From Candidatus Bathyarchaeota archaeon (GTDB lineage Archaea; Thermoproteota; Bathyarchaeia; Bathyarchaeales; Bathycorpusculaceae), in the NCBI GenBank assembly GCA_963767735.1, contig CAVYES010000004.1, positions 96,001 to 160,000 of the forward strand: DNA of 64,000 nt, given 5' to 3'. The notes beneath the pieces are model-generated. The model was not told the origin of the DNA. It made no database searches and saw only the letters and a program-made list of their open reading frames with translations. Of this stretch, positions 29,890 to 39,860 are shown piece after piece. Position 1 is the stretch's first letter. Every line of letters begins with the position of its first letter. Made by a program: the position numbers and the translations under genes.

Positions 29890-32847
29890 ATGCAAAATCT
29901 AAAAGGTAAAACTATGGCTATTTTGATTGCAGCGATTTTAACAATTTCAATAGGAGCTTCAATGACATTAATACCAAATGCTAGTGCACATACACCTCCG
30001 TGGAATATTCCAACGTACGCCTACATTAGTGCAGCACCTAGCACTTTAGGTGTCGGTCAGACGACACTCATTTATATGTGGCTGGATCCGGTTTATGGAG
30101 CGGCTGGTGGAACGAATATCGGAGCGGTTGGAACGACTGCCTTAAATGGTACACTTGCTGGTGCAGCATTGCTTTCAAATGACCATAGATTCCACAATTA
30201 CCAGCTTACCATTACAGCGCCTAACGGTGCGGTCACAACACAGTCTTGGGCTGTTGTCTCAGACCCTACATCAGATCAGTCTTATACCTTCACTCCTAAT
30301 GCGGTCGGCACATATAATTTCACCTTTAGTTACCCAGGACAAGTCTATGGGGCGGACGGCGACGGAAACCCATCTTCAGCATTAATTAACGATACTTATC
30401 TGCCAAGCAGCGCAACAACAACACTCACTGTGCAGTCAACACAAATTCCTGGGGCTATAACTAGCGAACCGCTACCTTCCGATTTCTGGACACGCCCAAT
30501 ATACGGCGAGAACACTAACTGGTACACGATTTCGAGTAACTGGCTAGGTACAGGTGCAGCATGGTATGCTAGTGCCACTACGGGTGTATACGACTTCCAT
30601 GCAGATGCCGTAGGACCCCTAACTGGTCATGTCATGTGGACACAGCCGCTTGAAATGGGAGGAATCGTTGGCGGGAACGAGTTTCCCGCTGATACGGGAG
30701 TCGGCTTCTTCGAGGGCACAGCATACTGTACAAGATTCGGCAATCCGATAATAATCGATGGATACCTATACTATCAAGAAGTAATAGGATTCACGAATGG
30801 CGCCGTTGGACCAACCATCTGCGTTAACCTGGTGACAGGGCAACAAGTTTGGAGCAGCACCACTGTACCTCCGTTATCATTCGGTTACATATACGACCTT
30901 TATGACCCCGACGAGCACGGAGTATTTCCGCCTATACTAGTTGCAGTTGTAGGAGGAGGAATCACCGGTACACCTTTGACTTGGGAGATGATTGATGCAT
31001 ACACAGGAACCCTACTGTTCAACGTAACCAATATTCCAGGCACGGCAGCTTCTATATCAGTCGGAGCTAACACATACGTGTCAACACCGGGTCCACAAGG
31101 CGAACAGTTGCGGTATGTCTTAGCTAACGCAGGCACCGCAGCTAAGCCAGATTGGTATTTGGCTGAGTGGAACATGTCCAAACTCTGGGTATACGATATT
31201 AATCCATACACTGGCATTGGAAGTCTACCTCCATCAATTATAAATGCAACCAACGGAGTCCTCGTTAATGAGGAGTCACCAACTTCACAAGATCCTATTC
31301 CAATTACAGGCACCATTGGTATCCTGCCAAATGGAACTGAGACCTTTATTCCCTATGGTTCCACACTGACAGTTAATGCAGGCGTCGGCATCCCGGAAGG
31401 TAAAGCTGCATCCAGCGTTAATCCGACAACCACTTATGACTGGAACGTTTCGGTACCATGGCTTAACACCATGCCTGTGCAGCCCTCGGCCCTCCCCGGT
31501 ACAGATACAATAGTACCAGCACCTCCTGGATTAGATCCCGTAAGGATTATTCAAGCTCAATATGGCAATATGTTACTTTGCGAAAACGGCACTCTACCTA
31601 CTGGTTTCGGGACAACCAGCATCGGCTATCCACAACTTCCATGGACAATGTTCGCAGTCAACCTTAATGCAACTAGAGGCGCAATCGGTTCGATACTGTG
31701 GATGCAGACCTATAACCCGCCAACAGGCAACGAAACTCTCGAACAAGGCCCAGTTGACTGGCAGACCGGTGTGGTCATGTTTAGTTTACAGGAAACTATG
31801 CAATGGGAAGGATACAGTCTGACTACAGGCAACCTATTATGGGGTCCAATTACACCTCAAACTGACTGGGACTACTATGGCAACTCAGGAACTTCAACTT
31901 TAGTCGGTGAATGTGCTTACGGCAACCTCTACTGCAGTTCATTTGGAGGCATATGTTACTGCTATAACGATTTAACTGGAAAACTGCTGTGGACCTACGG
32001 TAATGGCGGCTCAGGCAACAGTACTTCCGCCAGCTTTTACACCAACTACGGTGATTATCCAACCTTCATACAAGAGATCAGTAACGGAGTAGTATACCTA
32101 GCTTCTACTGAGCACACTATCACCGACCCGATTTACAAGGGCGCGCTATTTCGAGCTGTTAATGCCACTACAGGACAACAAATATGGACCCTTTCAAATT
32201 ACCTCAGCAGTAGCACTGTTGCTATCGCAGATGGCTATGCAACAATGTTCAACGGTTATGACGACCAAATCTACACTGTAGGCCAAGGACCTAGTGCAAC
32301 CACAGTACAAGCACCGCAGATGGCTATCACAGCAGGCAGCAAGGTAGCTATACAGGGTACAGTGATGGATATTTCCGCTGGCACAAAGCAAACTGAGCAG
32401 GCAGCTGACTTTCCAAATGGTGTTCCATGTGCATCTGACGCAAGCATGCAAGCCTGGATGGGCTACGTTTACCAGCAGCAGGCAGCACCAATCAACTTCA
32501 CCGGAGTTACAGTAACGTTAACCGCTATTGATCCGAACGGCAATTTCATCACCCTCGGCACAGCCACAACTAACTCAAAAGGCTTGTATTACTACGATTG
32601 GACGCCTTCAAGCATTCCAGGCAACTACCTCGTCACCGCTACATTTGCTGGCACCAACGGTTACTGGGGATCAAGCGCAGATACCGACATGGTCGTACAA
32701 AATGCACTAACAGCAACACCTACAGCTTCACCTGTTACAGGCTTGGCATCGACAGGAAGCTTAGAGTTAGGTATAGCAGCCGTAATAGTCGTTATAATCA
32801 TAATCGGCGCTATACTGGCAATATTGCTGATGAGAAAGCGTCCATAA
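29890..32847 (+). CDS. PQQ-repeat beta-propeller surface protein 2
   Basis: Signal peptide; TGQQVW, TGNLLWG, TGKLLWTY and TGQQIW repeats; C-terminal TM + RKRP. Confidence 0.92.
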   Translation: MQNLKGKTMAILIAAILTISIGASMTLIPNASAHTPPWNIPTYAYISAAPSTLGVGQTTLIYMWLDPVYGAAGGTNIGAVGTTALNGTLAGAALLSNDHRFHNYQLTITAPNGAVTTQSWAVVSDPTSDQSYTFTPNAVGTYNFTFSYPGQVYGADGDGNPSSALINDTYLPSSATTTLTVQSTQIPGAITSEPLPSDFWTRPIYGENTNWYTISSNWLGTGAAWYASATTGVYDFHADAVGPLTGHVMWTQPLEMGGIVGGNEFPADTGVGFFEGTAYCTRFGNPIIIDGYLYYQEVIGFTNGAVGPTICVNLVTGQQVWSSTTVPPLSFGYIYDLYDPDEHGVFPPILVAVVGGGITGTPLTWEMIDAYTGTLLFNVTNIPGTAASISVGANTYVSTPGPQGEQLRYVLANAGTAAKPDWYLAEWNMSKLWVYDINPYTGIGSLPPSIINATNGVLVNEESPTSQDPIPITGTIGILPNGTETFIPYGSTLTVNAGVGIPEGKAASSVNPTTTYDWNVSVPWLNTMPVQPSALPGTDTIVPAPPGLDPVRIIQAQYGNMLLCENGTLPTGFGTTSIGYPQLPWTMFAVNLNATRGAIGSILWMQTYNPPTGNETLEQGPVDWQTGVVMFSLQETMQWEGYSLTTGNLLWGPITPQTDWDYYGNSGTSTLVGECAYGNLYCSSFGGICYCYNDLTGKLLWTYGNGGSGNSTSASFYTNYGDYPTFIQEISNGVVYLASTEHTITDPIYKGALFRAVNATTGQQIWTLSNYLSSSTVAIADGYATMFNGYDDQIYTVGQGPSATTVQAPQMAITAGSKVAIQGTVMDISAGTKQTEQAADFPNGVPCASDASMQAWMGYVYQQQAAPINFTGVTVTLTAIDPNGNFITLGTATTNSKGLYYYDWTPSSIPGNYLVTATFAGTNGYWGSSADTDMVVQNALTATPTASPVTGLASTGSLELGIAAVIVVIIIIGAILAILLMRKRP

Positions 32848-32873
32848 AGTGAAAACAAATCACCACAACTAAA

Positions 32874-32895
32874 CTTTCCCCTTTTTTAGTTTTTA
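32874..32895 (+). terminator. Pyrimidine/oligo-T terminator
   Basis: CTTTCCCCTTTTTTAGTTTTT. Confidence 0.55.
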
Positions 32896-33496
32896 AAAAG
32901 CAATGGAGAAAAGAATAGGGGCTGAGAAGGCTCTGGTTAGATTCACGATTTACTCAATCGCTCAGCATCGTGATGGCGCATTTGCATTTGCGTTCTTTTC
33001 TCCTCTAAAAGTCCCAGAGCCTCAGCAAACCCCAGAATGCTGAAAGATTTCACCAATTCATTTTCGTCTTTTTGAAAAAATAGGGCATAGTTTTGTCAAG
33101 TGGGATTTGAATAGCTCTATTCGTTATTCTGAAAATTTTCTTTTTCTATCTTATTGTTGAGAAATAAGATCAATTCAACAAGTTTTTAGGTTATTCTATT
33201 TCCTATAATGTATTTTTAGGAAATAGAGCGAGAGACAACTCAAAAAATCCTCAAATTAGTCGTATATTAATTCTCTGTCAATTACGTTATAATAAGAAAA
33301 TTGTGAATCTCGTTATTCTTAGGAAAAGCGCGCCGCGCTGCATTGTCTCTGAGCAGCGTGCTTTTGCCTAAAACCACTTAACCCCCTTCGGAACTGAAAG
33401 TAGCCAATACAGCTGTAAAATCGGGCGTTCAATGCAGCAGATTTCAGCATCTTGAAATAATGCCACTTGTTTTATTTATGGCATAGCTGAGTATTT

Positions 33497-33763
33497 ATGG
33501 CATTAATGTTCAAGGTAAAGGTCGGTAAACAGGGAAGAATTGTGTTGCCGAAAGAATTGCGGGAGGCCTGCGAATTAAACGCGGGGGATGAAGCAATTAT
33601 AATCGCAAAAGGAATGGAATTGAGCATACACCTTCATAAAGTCTCTAACGACCCAGTCAGACACTTAACAGAAACGTCGAAGACGATAGCGATAGGGTTA
33701 TCTGCTGAAAAATTAAAACAAAGGGCCAACGAGGAACGAATCAAAGAATTCCGAATGACTTAA
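33497..33763 (+). CDS. vapB: AbrB/MazE-type antitoxin
   Basis: VKVGKQGRIVLPKELRE..EL..GD; directly upstream of a PIN gene. Confidence 0.88.
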   Translation: MALMFKVKVGKQGRIVLPKELREACELNAGDEAIIIAKGMELSIHLHKVSNDPVRHLTETSKTIAIGLSAEKLKQRANEERIKEFRMT

Positions 33764-33774
33764 GGCGGATTAAC

Positions 33775-34206
33775 TTGGAGCCAACTGCACAAGCTTACTA
33801 TTTAGATTCCTCTACACTCATCCATGCTGCAGATGGAAGCGCAGAATATCACCAAGACTGCCTAAACATCATAACCAAGGCAGCAAAAGGACAAATCAAC
33901 GCAGCGATAAGCTTAGAGACCTTGGAAGAAACCCTTTTCATCCTATCAAAGCTTACAACCTCAGTAACAGCCCTTAGCGTTGCACGGGACTTCTTAAAAA
34001 TGAGTAAGATTAAAAAATACGAAATGAATCTGACGATTTTCGAAAAAGCGTTAGAAATTATTGAAACAACGCCGCTGAAAAGACCACAAGATGCAATAAA
34101 TGTCGCAACAATGCTTGAACATCACATACAAACAATAATCAGCGAAGATAAAGATTTTGATAAAGTGAACTTAATACATAGAGTTCACACAAAAGACTTT
34201 GTATAA
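33775..34206 (+). CDS. vapC: PIN-domain VapC toxin
   Basis: YLDSS, TLEE, QDAINVATM and IISEDKDFD acidic motifs. Confidence 0.9.
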   Translation: MEPTAQAYYLDSSTLIHAADGSAEYHQDCLNIITKAAKGQINAAISLETLEETLFILSKLTTSVTALSVARDFLKMSKIKKYEMNLTIFEKALEIIETTPLKRPQDAINVATMLEHHIQTIISEDKDFDKVNLIHRVHTKDFV

Positions 34207-34412
34207 GCATACATAGCCGCCTTGTTTCTGGAGTTAAGTCAAACGACATTTACTACACATCCGTAGCACTACAGCCTGTATTAAAAAAATAAACTATTCT
34301 GTCGGTCACTATCCACTTTCCCGATGTCAATGTAACTTCTCGTCTAGCAGAAAGAACACTTGCCTCCCAAAAGCCTCAAAAATATCGATTTCAGCCTCAT
34401 ATTTTCATCCCA

Positions 34413-34508
34413 GAAACCCTCAAAAACGTAAGGAAAGCTATAGAAGGTTTTTTAGAAGTTAAAACTAAGCTTTTAGATCAGAAAGTCAAGGTGAAAAGGT
34501 TGAAGTAA
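34413..34508 (+). pseudogene. HicB-like antitoxin C-terminal remnant
   Basis: ETLKNVRKAIEGFLE. Confidence 0.55.
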
Positions 34509-34512
34509 TAAT

Positions 34513-34660
34513 CGAACCTTCCTACTTTGAAGAAAGACCCAAGCAAATCGAACTCATAAAAAAGCTACAACAAATAGAGCCAAGCGCTGAAAAAAGAAAA
34601 ACAAAAATAAACTCCGCCACTCTCGTTAGACAAGATAGAGAACGATAAAAATACTGCTCA
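34513..34660 (+). pseudogene. Remnant of an antitoxin plus PIN start, paralogous to 43233-43451
   Basis: EERPKQIELIKKLQQIEPSAEKRKTKINSATLVRQDRER* followed by ATA-AAA-ATA-CTG-CTC. Confidence 0.75.
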
Positions 34661-35341
34661 TTTTGCTTTGCTAGCGCTGTTTGTTTTGGGCCGCAAAGCT
34701 CTTAATCCTTGGAATGAGGAGATAGCAATGAACACAAATAAGATGATGTGGCCTGCGGCGAGAGCTATTAGTATATTGCTAGATAAAATGTATGTTGTTA
34801 AACTGCTTACAGACGACCAGTGAGAAGCAAAAAATACTGCTGACGTTGCCAAGGCCAAGAGGGGAAGAAGCATAAGTGTATTTCTTTTGTCAACAGAAAA
34901 GAGACGTTTCAAATCTCTGCTGTACACAATGATTCCAAGGGCTAATATTAAACCGGCTATTTCTAGGGTTACATCTGTAAGAGAGGGCATAGGAATGCCA
35001 AAACCGACCCATGACGAGTTGAAAGGCCAAAATATCATAACCTTGCCCATCAATAAGTCTCCGAAGGCAAAGTGTTGCACTACCGCTACAAAGTAGGGAA
35101 CTGATTTTAGCCGGAAAACAATGAAGAGAGGCACAAATATGATAATCCAGAAGAAAAAGGAGTGCGTAACAGTACGATGCACTACGCCGAGGTTGCCGAG
35201 TAAGAGGTCGGCGTCAGACAAAATTCCCAGTAACAAAATGAGGGGCACGATAAGCTTTCCGCCGCGTTTTACGCCGGGAATTAAAGCCCAGGCTAACATA
35301 GCCCAAACATAAGCCCAAGCCATATGCCCAAGAAAATACAG
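34658..35341 (-). CDS. Membrane-bound metal-dependent hydrolase (YdjM-like); probable CTG start at 35341
   Basis: (M)YFLGH, ILSDADL, HRTVTHS and FWPF motifs; GGAGGAG upstream of the CTG. Confidence 0.8.
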   Translation of the reverse strand: MYFLGHMAWAYVWAMLAWALIPGVKRGGKLIVPLILLLGILSDADLLLGNLGVVHRTVTHSFFFWIIIFVPLFIVFRLKSVPYFVAVVQHFAFGDLLMGKVMIFWPFNSSWVGFGIPMPSLTDVTLEIAGLILALGIIVYSRDLKRLFSVDKRNTLMLLPLLALATSAVFFASHWSSVSSLTTYILSSNILIALAAGHIILFVFIAISSFQGLRALRPKTNSASKAK

Positions 35342-35636
35342 TTAAAAGCTCCTCCCTAATTTTTGGTGTTACCATTTAAGTTGATGTTCTAAAGGTGAAA
35401 TAGGGAGTCACAATTAAGGGTTCTAAGCAGGTTACTTTTTTTAACATGTTATTTTATGGGAGCATCTGGGTTGTCAGGCTTTTCATTTTACAAAGCATTA
35501 GTTTCTGGAGGTGTTCAGAATAACTCTAATTGTTATGTTGACCCAAGCAAAAATTTCATAATTGAAAACAGAAAAAAACAAAAGCCGAAACTGCAAACGA
35601 CCAATCATCCTAAGCGCGCGCTGCGATAAGCTGGCT

Positions 35637-36515
35637 CTAAGTATTTAGAGGAGTCAGAATCAAAGTTCTGAGTATTCTAAATCCCTGCTGTATTTTTAGA
35701 ATCTCCTCTTGAGTGAGATTCAAGATTTTTACTGAGGACAAATCTTGAAAAACATTGAGGTATGAGTATTCTTCCATTTTAAACCCAGCTTTCTCGAAAA
35801 ACTGTTTTAAGTCATTTTCGTCGTCAAAAATGTTGCTCTCAAGGGCGGTCTCGGTGCTGCTAGAAATGCGGGTTAATCGTTTTTTCGCGTTCTCATCAAA
35901 TTGGGGAACTTTTTGCAAGAACTGCTTAGTGTGAACGTCCGTTGTAATCCAGAGTCCAGGGTATTTTTCAAGGAGTTCGTGGATGTTTCCGGCTAAGGCC
36001 TTTCTTTCGCCGCGAGTGAGATAAGGGAAGAGTCCTTCAGTGATGATTGCTAACGGTCTGTCATGTTTGAAAGCAACGGCTGCAGTTAATAAACTGTCCA
36101 TGCTGAAGCAGTTTGCAGGTTGAAAATAAAGATTTGGGCGCTCACTATTTAACTTGACGAGTATTGCTTCAGCGATTTCTTTTTCTTCTTCAAGAATCTG
36201 AGGTAAATCAGTAGCCACATAAACCACATCGGGGTTTCCGGTCATTGCTAAACCGCGAGGCGAAAGTCCAGCGGCTAATTCTAGAACCTGCGTAATTCCG
36301 TGTTCTGTGAGAATTCTATTAGTGACTTTATATCGTGCCTCCCACATTGGAGCGAGTCGAATCATTGATTTTGCGCTTTCATCAGCTAATTCGTGGAAGG
36401 TTTTCTCTGCCCCACTTTTCGCTGCAATCTCCTTGGTGAATGGGATATCTGTAAACGTCCTGAGGTAGGCCACTAGTTTTGCGGTTGGACTTATTTTCTC
36501 ATCAGATTCTTTCAT
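35637..36515 (-). CDS. Class I SAM-dependent methyltransferase (LCM-like)
   Basis: QVLELAAGLSPRG, TDLP and IITEGLFPYL motifs. Confidence 0.9.
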   Translation of the reverse strand: MKESDEKISPTAKLVAYLRTFTDIPFTKEIAAKSGAEKTFHELADESAKSMIRLAPMWEARYKVTNRILTEHGITQVLELAAGLSPRGLAMTGNPDVVYVATDLPQILEEEKEIAEAILVKLNSERPNLYFQPANCFSMDSLLTAAVAFKHDRPLAIITEGLFPYLTRGERKALAGNIHELLEKYPGLWITTDVHTKQFLQKVPQFDENAKKRLTRISSSTETALESNIFDDENDLKQFFEKAGFKMEEYSYLNVFQDLSSVKILNLTQEEILKIQQGFRILRTLILTPLNT

Positions 36516-36579
36516 GATAAAGCTGAAGTCTATGCTTCTGAAAAAGGTTTCTAGATTTCATGTTCATCTTGTTCGGGTA

Positions 36580-36662
36580 GGACTCACCTATAAGCTTGAA
36601 CGTACCCAAAAAATGAGCTCCCACCTCAAACATAAATACTAATTTATTTTAGGGACAAGCCA
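36580..36662 (-). mobile_element. Solo IS/MITE end homologous to 5250-5338
   Basis: AAATGAG..CCAC...ATAAA..TAA.TTA.TTTAGGGACAAGCCA then GCGCG. Confidence 0.65.
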
Positions 36663-36670
36663 GCGCGGGT

Positions 36671-36898
36671 TTAGTTTGTTAGTATTTGTTCTTCTTGTTT
36701 TGGAATCATAATTAATTCGATTTCGTTGTGGTTTGTTGGTGTTTTGTTAGTTGTTTTTTGTGGTTGCTTTGTTTGTGGCTGATTTGATTGTCCTATCCAG
36801 TAGAGGCTCCAGCCGGCTACGAAAACTATGGCAAGTATGGGTGCTAGTAGGAATATTGTGAGTTTGCTGCGTTTTTTTCTGTTGGTTGGTTTTATCAT
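36671..36898 (-). CDS. Small single-TM protein, P-x7/8-GWxLY family
   Basis: LLAPILAIVFVAGWSLYWIG. Confidence 0.8.
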   Translation of the reverse strand: MIKPTNRKKRSKLTIFLLAPILAIVFVAGWSLYWIGQSNQPQTKQPQKTTNKTPTNHNEIELIMIPKQEEQILTN

Positions 36899-36989
36899 GG
36901 GTTGCCGTTATGATCTTGTGGCTTAATTTTTAATATAAAAGCTTTATGAATTGTCAGTAACTAAAAGGCAATAGTCGAACACTCGTACA

Positions 36990-37260
36990 GATTAAATTTT
37001 AATCCCCCTCCTCCTCCTCAACGACGAGGGGTGACCTACCCTGCATGAAATGAGCATGAGAGGGCAGGGCATTACAAATCTGCCCCCTGATAATCAAGTA
37101 ATATTGCCCCCACAGAGGGGGGCAGTAAAAACCAAGTGCCCAGTAGGGTACCCAACAGGGTATTGATTCAGGGCGAACTATAGTATATAGTAATAGTATA
37201 AGGTAAGGATAAGGAATACAATAAGGAGATATTCGGAACGTCCCGAATATCTTTCTAAGG
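36990..37260. other. Hairpin- and repeat-dense non-coding island (origin/terminus-like)
   Basis: Near-palindrome GATTAAATTTTAATC; 10-bp hairpins at 37102-37127 and 37227-37252; TAGTA and TAAGG short repeats. Confidence 0.5.
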
Positions 37261-37320
37261 ACCTTTTTTCTTGGCAGGGTGGGAAAAGACTATTCTGACA
37301 AACCCAACGCGCGCGTGTTT

Positions 37321-37980
37321 CTATTCGACTGTTTTCCACGCTTTTGCAATGAAAACAATGCTCAGTATCGAAAGAATGGCTATTGCCAGTCCAATTTCCC
37401 AAACACTGTTACCATCTAATGGCACTGAAAATAATATTCCAGAAACTATTAGCAGACTTACTCCCACCATTGAAAGACCAAATATTTTTTTCTTTAGTAT
37501 CAATTTTCCAGCAGTTAAACCGCTCTTTAGCGACAATATTGCAGCTGTTAAGCCAAATGCAAATGCTAGAATGCCATAAACACCCACATACTCAAAATAA
37601 ACATAAACGCTTATTACCCCAAATATTCCAAGAAGTAAACTCATGCAAGAAGCGATTATCGTTAGAATACCAGCAATTATTGGCAGCGTTGGTACTACAA
37701 CCTTTTCTCTCAGAGCAATTATACCACCTGCAAGCAAAAGAATTAATGGCAGGATTCCATACAAAAAACCACCAAGTATTAATGCTGAGACTCCTGCAAT
37801 AATCATAAGAGCGCCACCAAGTTTCTTACCCACAGCCGCACCTGCAATTCCCACTATTCCAGCTATGAGGAATCCATATGGAATTACGGAAGTAGAAAGG
37901 GTATATAACAAAGCCACAAGTATCACGAAGATACCACCGACCACTCCCAGAATGAAACTTAGTTTCACCTTTCGTCTCAC
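37321..37980 (-). CDS. Multi-pass Gly-rich membrane protein
   Basis: About 7-8 hydrophobic helices. Confidence 0.8.
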   Translation of the reverse strand: MRRKVKLSFILGVVGGIFVILVALLYTLSTSVIPYGFLIAGIVGIAGAAVGKKLGGALMIIAGVSALILGGFLYGILPLILLLAGGIIALREKVVVPTLPIIAGILTIIASCMSLLLGIFGVISVYVYFEYVGVYGILAFAFGLTAAILSLKSGLTAGKLILKKKIFGLSMVGVSLLIVSGILFSVPLDGNSVWEIGLAIAILSILSIVFIAKAWKTVE

Positions 37981-38144
37981 TTTTCCACCTTCTCCCTAAA
38001 AAGATTCACAAATAAGTTCAAAATCAGAAGTGGGGTCTTCCACTTACCTGTATTCAAAAACCTTAACTCAGTACTCTATTTTAAGATGTGTGACTGTGGA
38101 AAAACAGTTACAAGCTTCAGCATCTTTTCTATTTCAGCTTTGTC

Positions 38145-38172
38145 CAGATTTAAGACTTATCATCAATGGAAA
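38145..38172 (+). repeat. Dispersed about 28-bp repeat (copy at 15411-15438), probable IS remnant
   Basis: CAGATTTAAGAC(C/T)TATCATCAATG(A/G)AAA; both copies translate as RFKTYHQ. Confidence 0.55.
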
Positions 38173-38426
38173 GCACTGTTTAACTGCTTAAATCACCTTC
38201 CTGAACAACTCTGCCCTTTTCCTGCCCTTATGACATACCCCTAATTTCTTCAGTTAGGTGCGTCCTAAACAAAGGAAGTGTGTGATAATTAGTATATTGA
38301 ACTGAGAGTAACTAATAATGAACTGATGGTATCACACTACCTTTCTTTCCCTGCATTCAGCGTAGTTTTCCTGTTCTGTTCAGGTATTCAGCATCAGTTA
38401 GTGGTGGCGCGCGCGTTTTCGGTTTG

Positions 38427-39296
38427 TCAAATAAGAGAAAAAGAACTGGCTGTTACCGTTATCCCATCTTGATAGCCAACTAACTTATTGCTTAGGTCTA
38501 TGCCAATAATTTTTTGTGGGCCTGTAGCCTTGAAGGAAACTGTGAATGTCTGACACCCTTTGTCGCTTGCTTGGAAAGTGTAATCAGTCGGTGTTACAGT
38601 GGCTTCGCTGTCTGTTGTCGTTATCGTAACTTTGCCAGTATAACCAGTTACTGTATTATCCTTGTCATCTTTTGCTGTGACAGTAACAGTGCCAGAAGTT
38701 CCAGCTGCTATCGTTGGGGGGAATCCAGAAACAACCAAACTTGCAACAGTTGAAATAGATGTGGTGACAGCAGGAGCAACGCGCGGGGTAACAGCAAATA
38801 ATGTGTCGGTTAAATCGTCAAGTTTTGCGTTGAATTTTCTAAATGCAAATCCTGCGAGAAATCCTATACCACAAAAAAGCAAAATACTTTTTGAATAGTC
38901 GATTTGCGTGGGTGTGCCTACAGCCCATAGTCCGCCTGCAATCAAGAGATAAGCCACCCCGCCTGCTATGAATCCAGTTATGGGTTGAAAAAAATACCAC
39001 AAAATGGCAGAAGAAGGATATTTGGCAGAAGAAGGAGGCCCCTCTTCGAATTCAAGCCAGTGGTTAATAAATCCATGTTCTATCGCATAGAGCACTCCCC
39101 CAATTCCTCCGGCAATTCCAACGTCCAAGACTGTTTTCAATACCAAACTGCTCAGGTGCATCAAATACACAAAAGCGGCAATTGCCAAAAGTGCAAATAG
39201 AGCGACTATAAGGTAAATACCGACAAAGTTCCTAGTCTGCATTCTTCTTCCCAAAAGATAATCAGGCTCTTCTTTATTCATTCTTTTGAACCTCAA
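38427..39296 (-). CDS. Four-TM membrane protein fused to a C-terminal Ig-like repeat
   Basis: GGIGG...QPITG...FLAGF TM module; LVVSG...VTVTAKD..NTVTGYTGKVTIT matches the surface-protein repeats. Confidence 0.85.
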   Translation of the reverse strand: MRFKRMNKEEPDYLLGRRMQTRNFVGIYLIVALFALLAIAAFVYLMHLSSLVLKTVLDVGIAGGIGGVLYAIEHGFINHWLEFEEGPPSSAKYPSSAILWYFFQPITGFIAGGVAYLLIAGGLWAVGTPTQIDYSKSILLFCGIGFLAGFAFRKFNAKLDDLTDTLFAVTPRVAPAVTTSISTVASLVVSGFPPTIAAGTSGTVTVTAKDDKDNTVTGYTGKVTITTTDSEATVTPTDYTFQASDKGCQTFTVSFKATGPQKIIGIDLSNKLVGYQDGITVTASSFSLI

Positions 39297-39599
39297 AGAT
39301 ACTGTGGTGGTCTTGATACTTAATTTTTTACTTTTTTACTTAAACTCAAACTATTGTAAAGCGACCACCCTCAGATTTTTTGTGACATAAGGTTTTAGTA
39401 AACTCCCTATCTCTATTCCATCCCTTTTTTCCTGTAGCAGCAAGCGTGAAAAAACGATGTTTCTTAATGCAGTACCTTCTTTTAATTTAGAAATTTTTTC
39501 TGTTCCTGCTTCCTCTCGAGCGAGCAATCCACCGGAAAAAAATGCTCCGCCTTTTTGTCTGTGTGTGTCCTCCTGCTTGCCCGCATGCTCGCTCACCTA

Positions 39600-39860
39600 T
39601 ATGCATGCATGCCTGCTTGCCGTTCGGGGGAGAGAGGGTAGGTAGGAGAATGTGTGATTGAGTGACAGAGAGAATTTGAGTGATGGAGAGATTGAGTGAC
39701 TGTAAGTGACTGAATGATGCAGTGAAAGTAAGTGATGCAGTAAGTGTGTGATGGTGAGTTCGAGAGAGAGAGCGGATTAAATTTTAATCCCCAAACCCAA
39801 ACCCAACCGCACTCTCACATATTCACATATGGTACCCCCCGTACCCGCCCGCGTGTGGTC
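39600..39860. repeat. Strand-asymmetric low-complexity repeat island
   Basis: GTGA/GTAAGTGA units, a GA run, GGATTAAATTTTAATCC, (CCCAAA)n and GGTACCCCCC. Confidence 0.6.

Noticed and set aside
27570-32146. GCGCGC hits inside PQQ genes (about 27572 and 32141)
   Set aside because: In-frame Ala-containing codons in intact coding sequence; not counted as junctions, but they show that some background occurrences exist.
33100-33111. tRNA T-loop-like TTCAAATCCCAC on the minus strand (possible att remnant)
   Set aside because: No pairing 5' T-stem, acceptor stem or cloverleaf; too short to support.
39351-39645. 81-aa and 62-aa ORFs in the low-complexity island
   Set aside because: Composition looks non-coding, with no recognisable protein features.
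39640-39770. Possible CRISPR array
   Set aside because: Units are short, degenerate and contiguous, with no constant repeat plus unique spacers; no cas genes are present.
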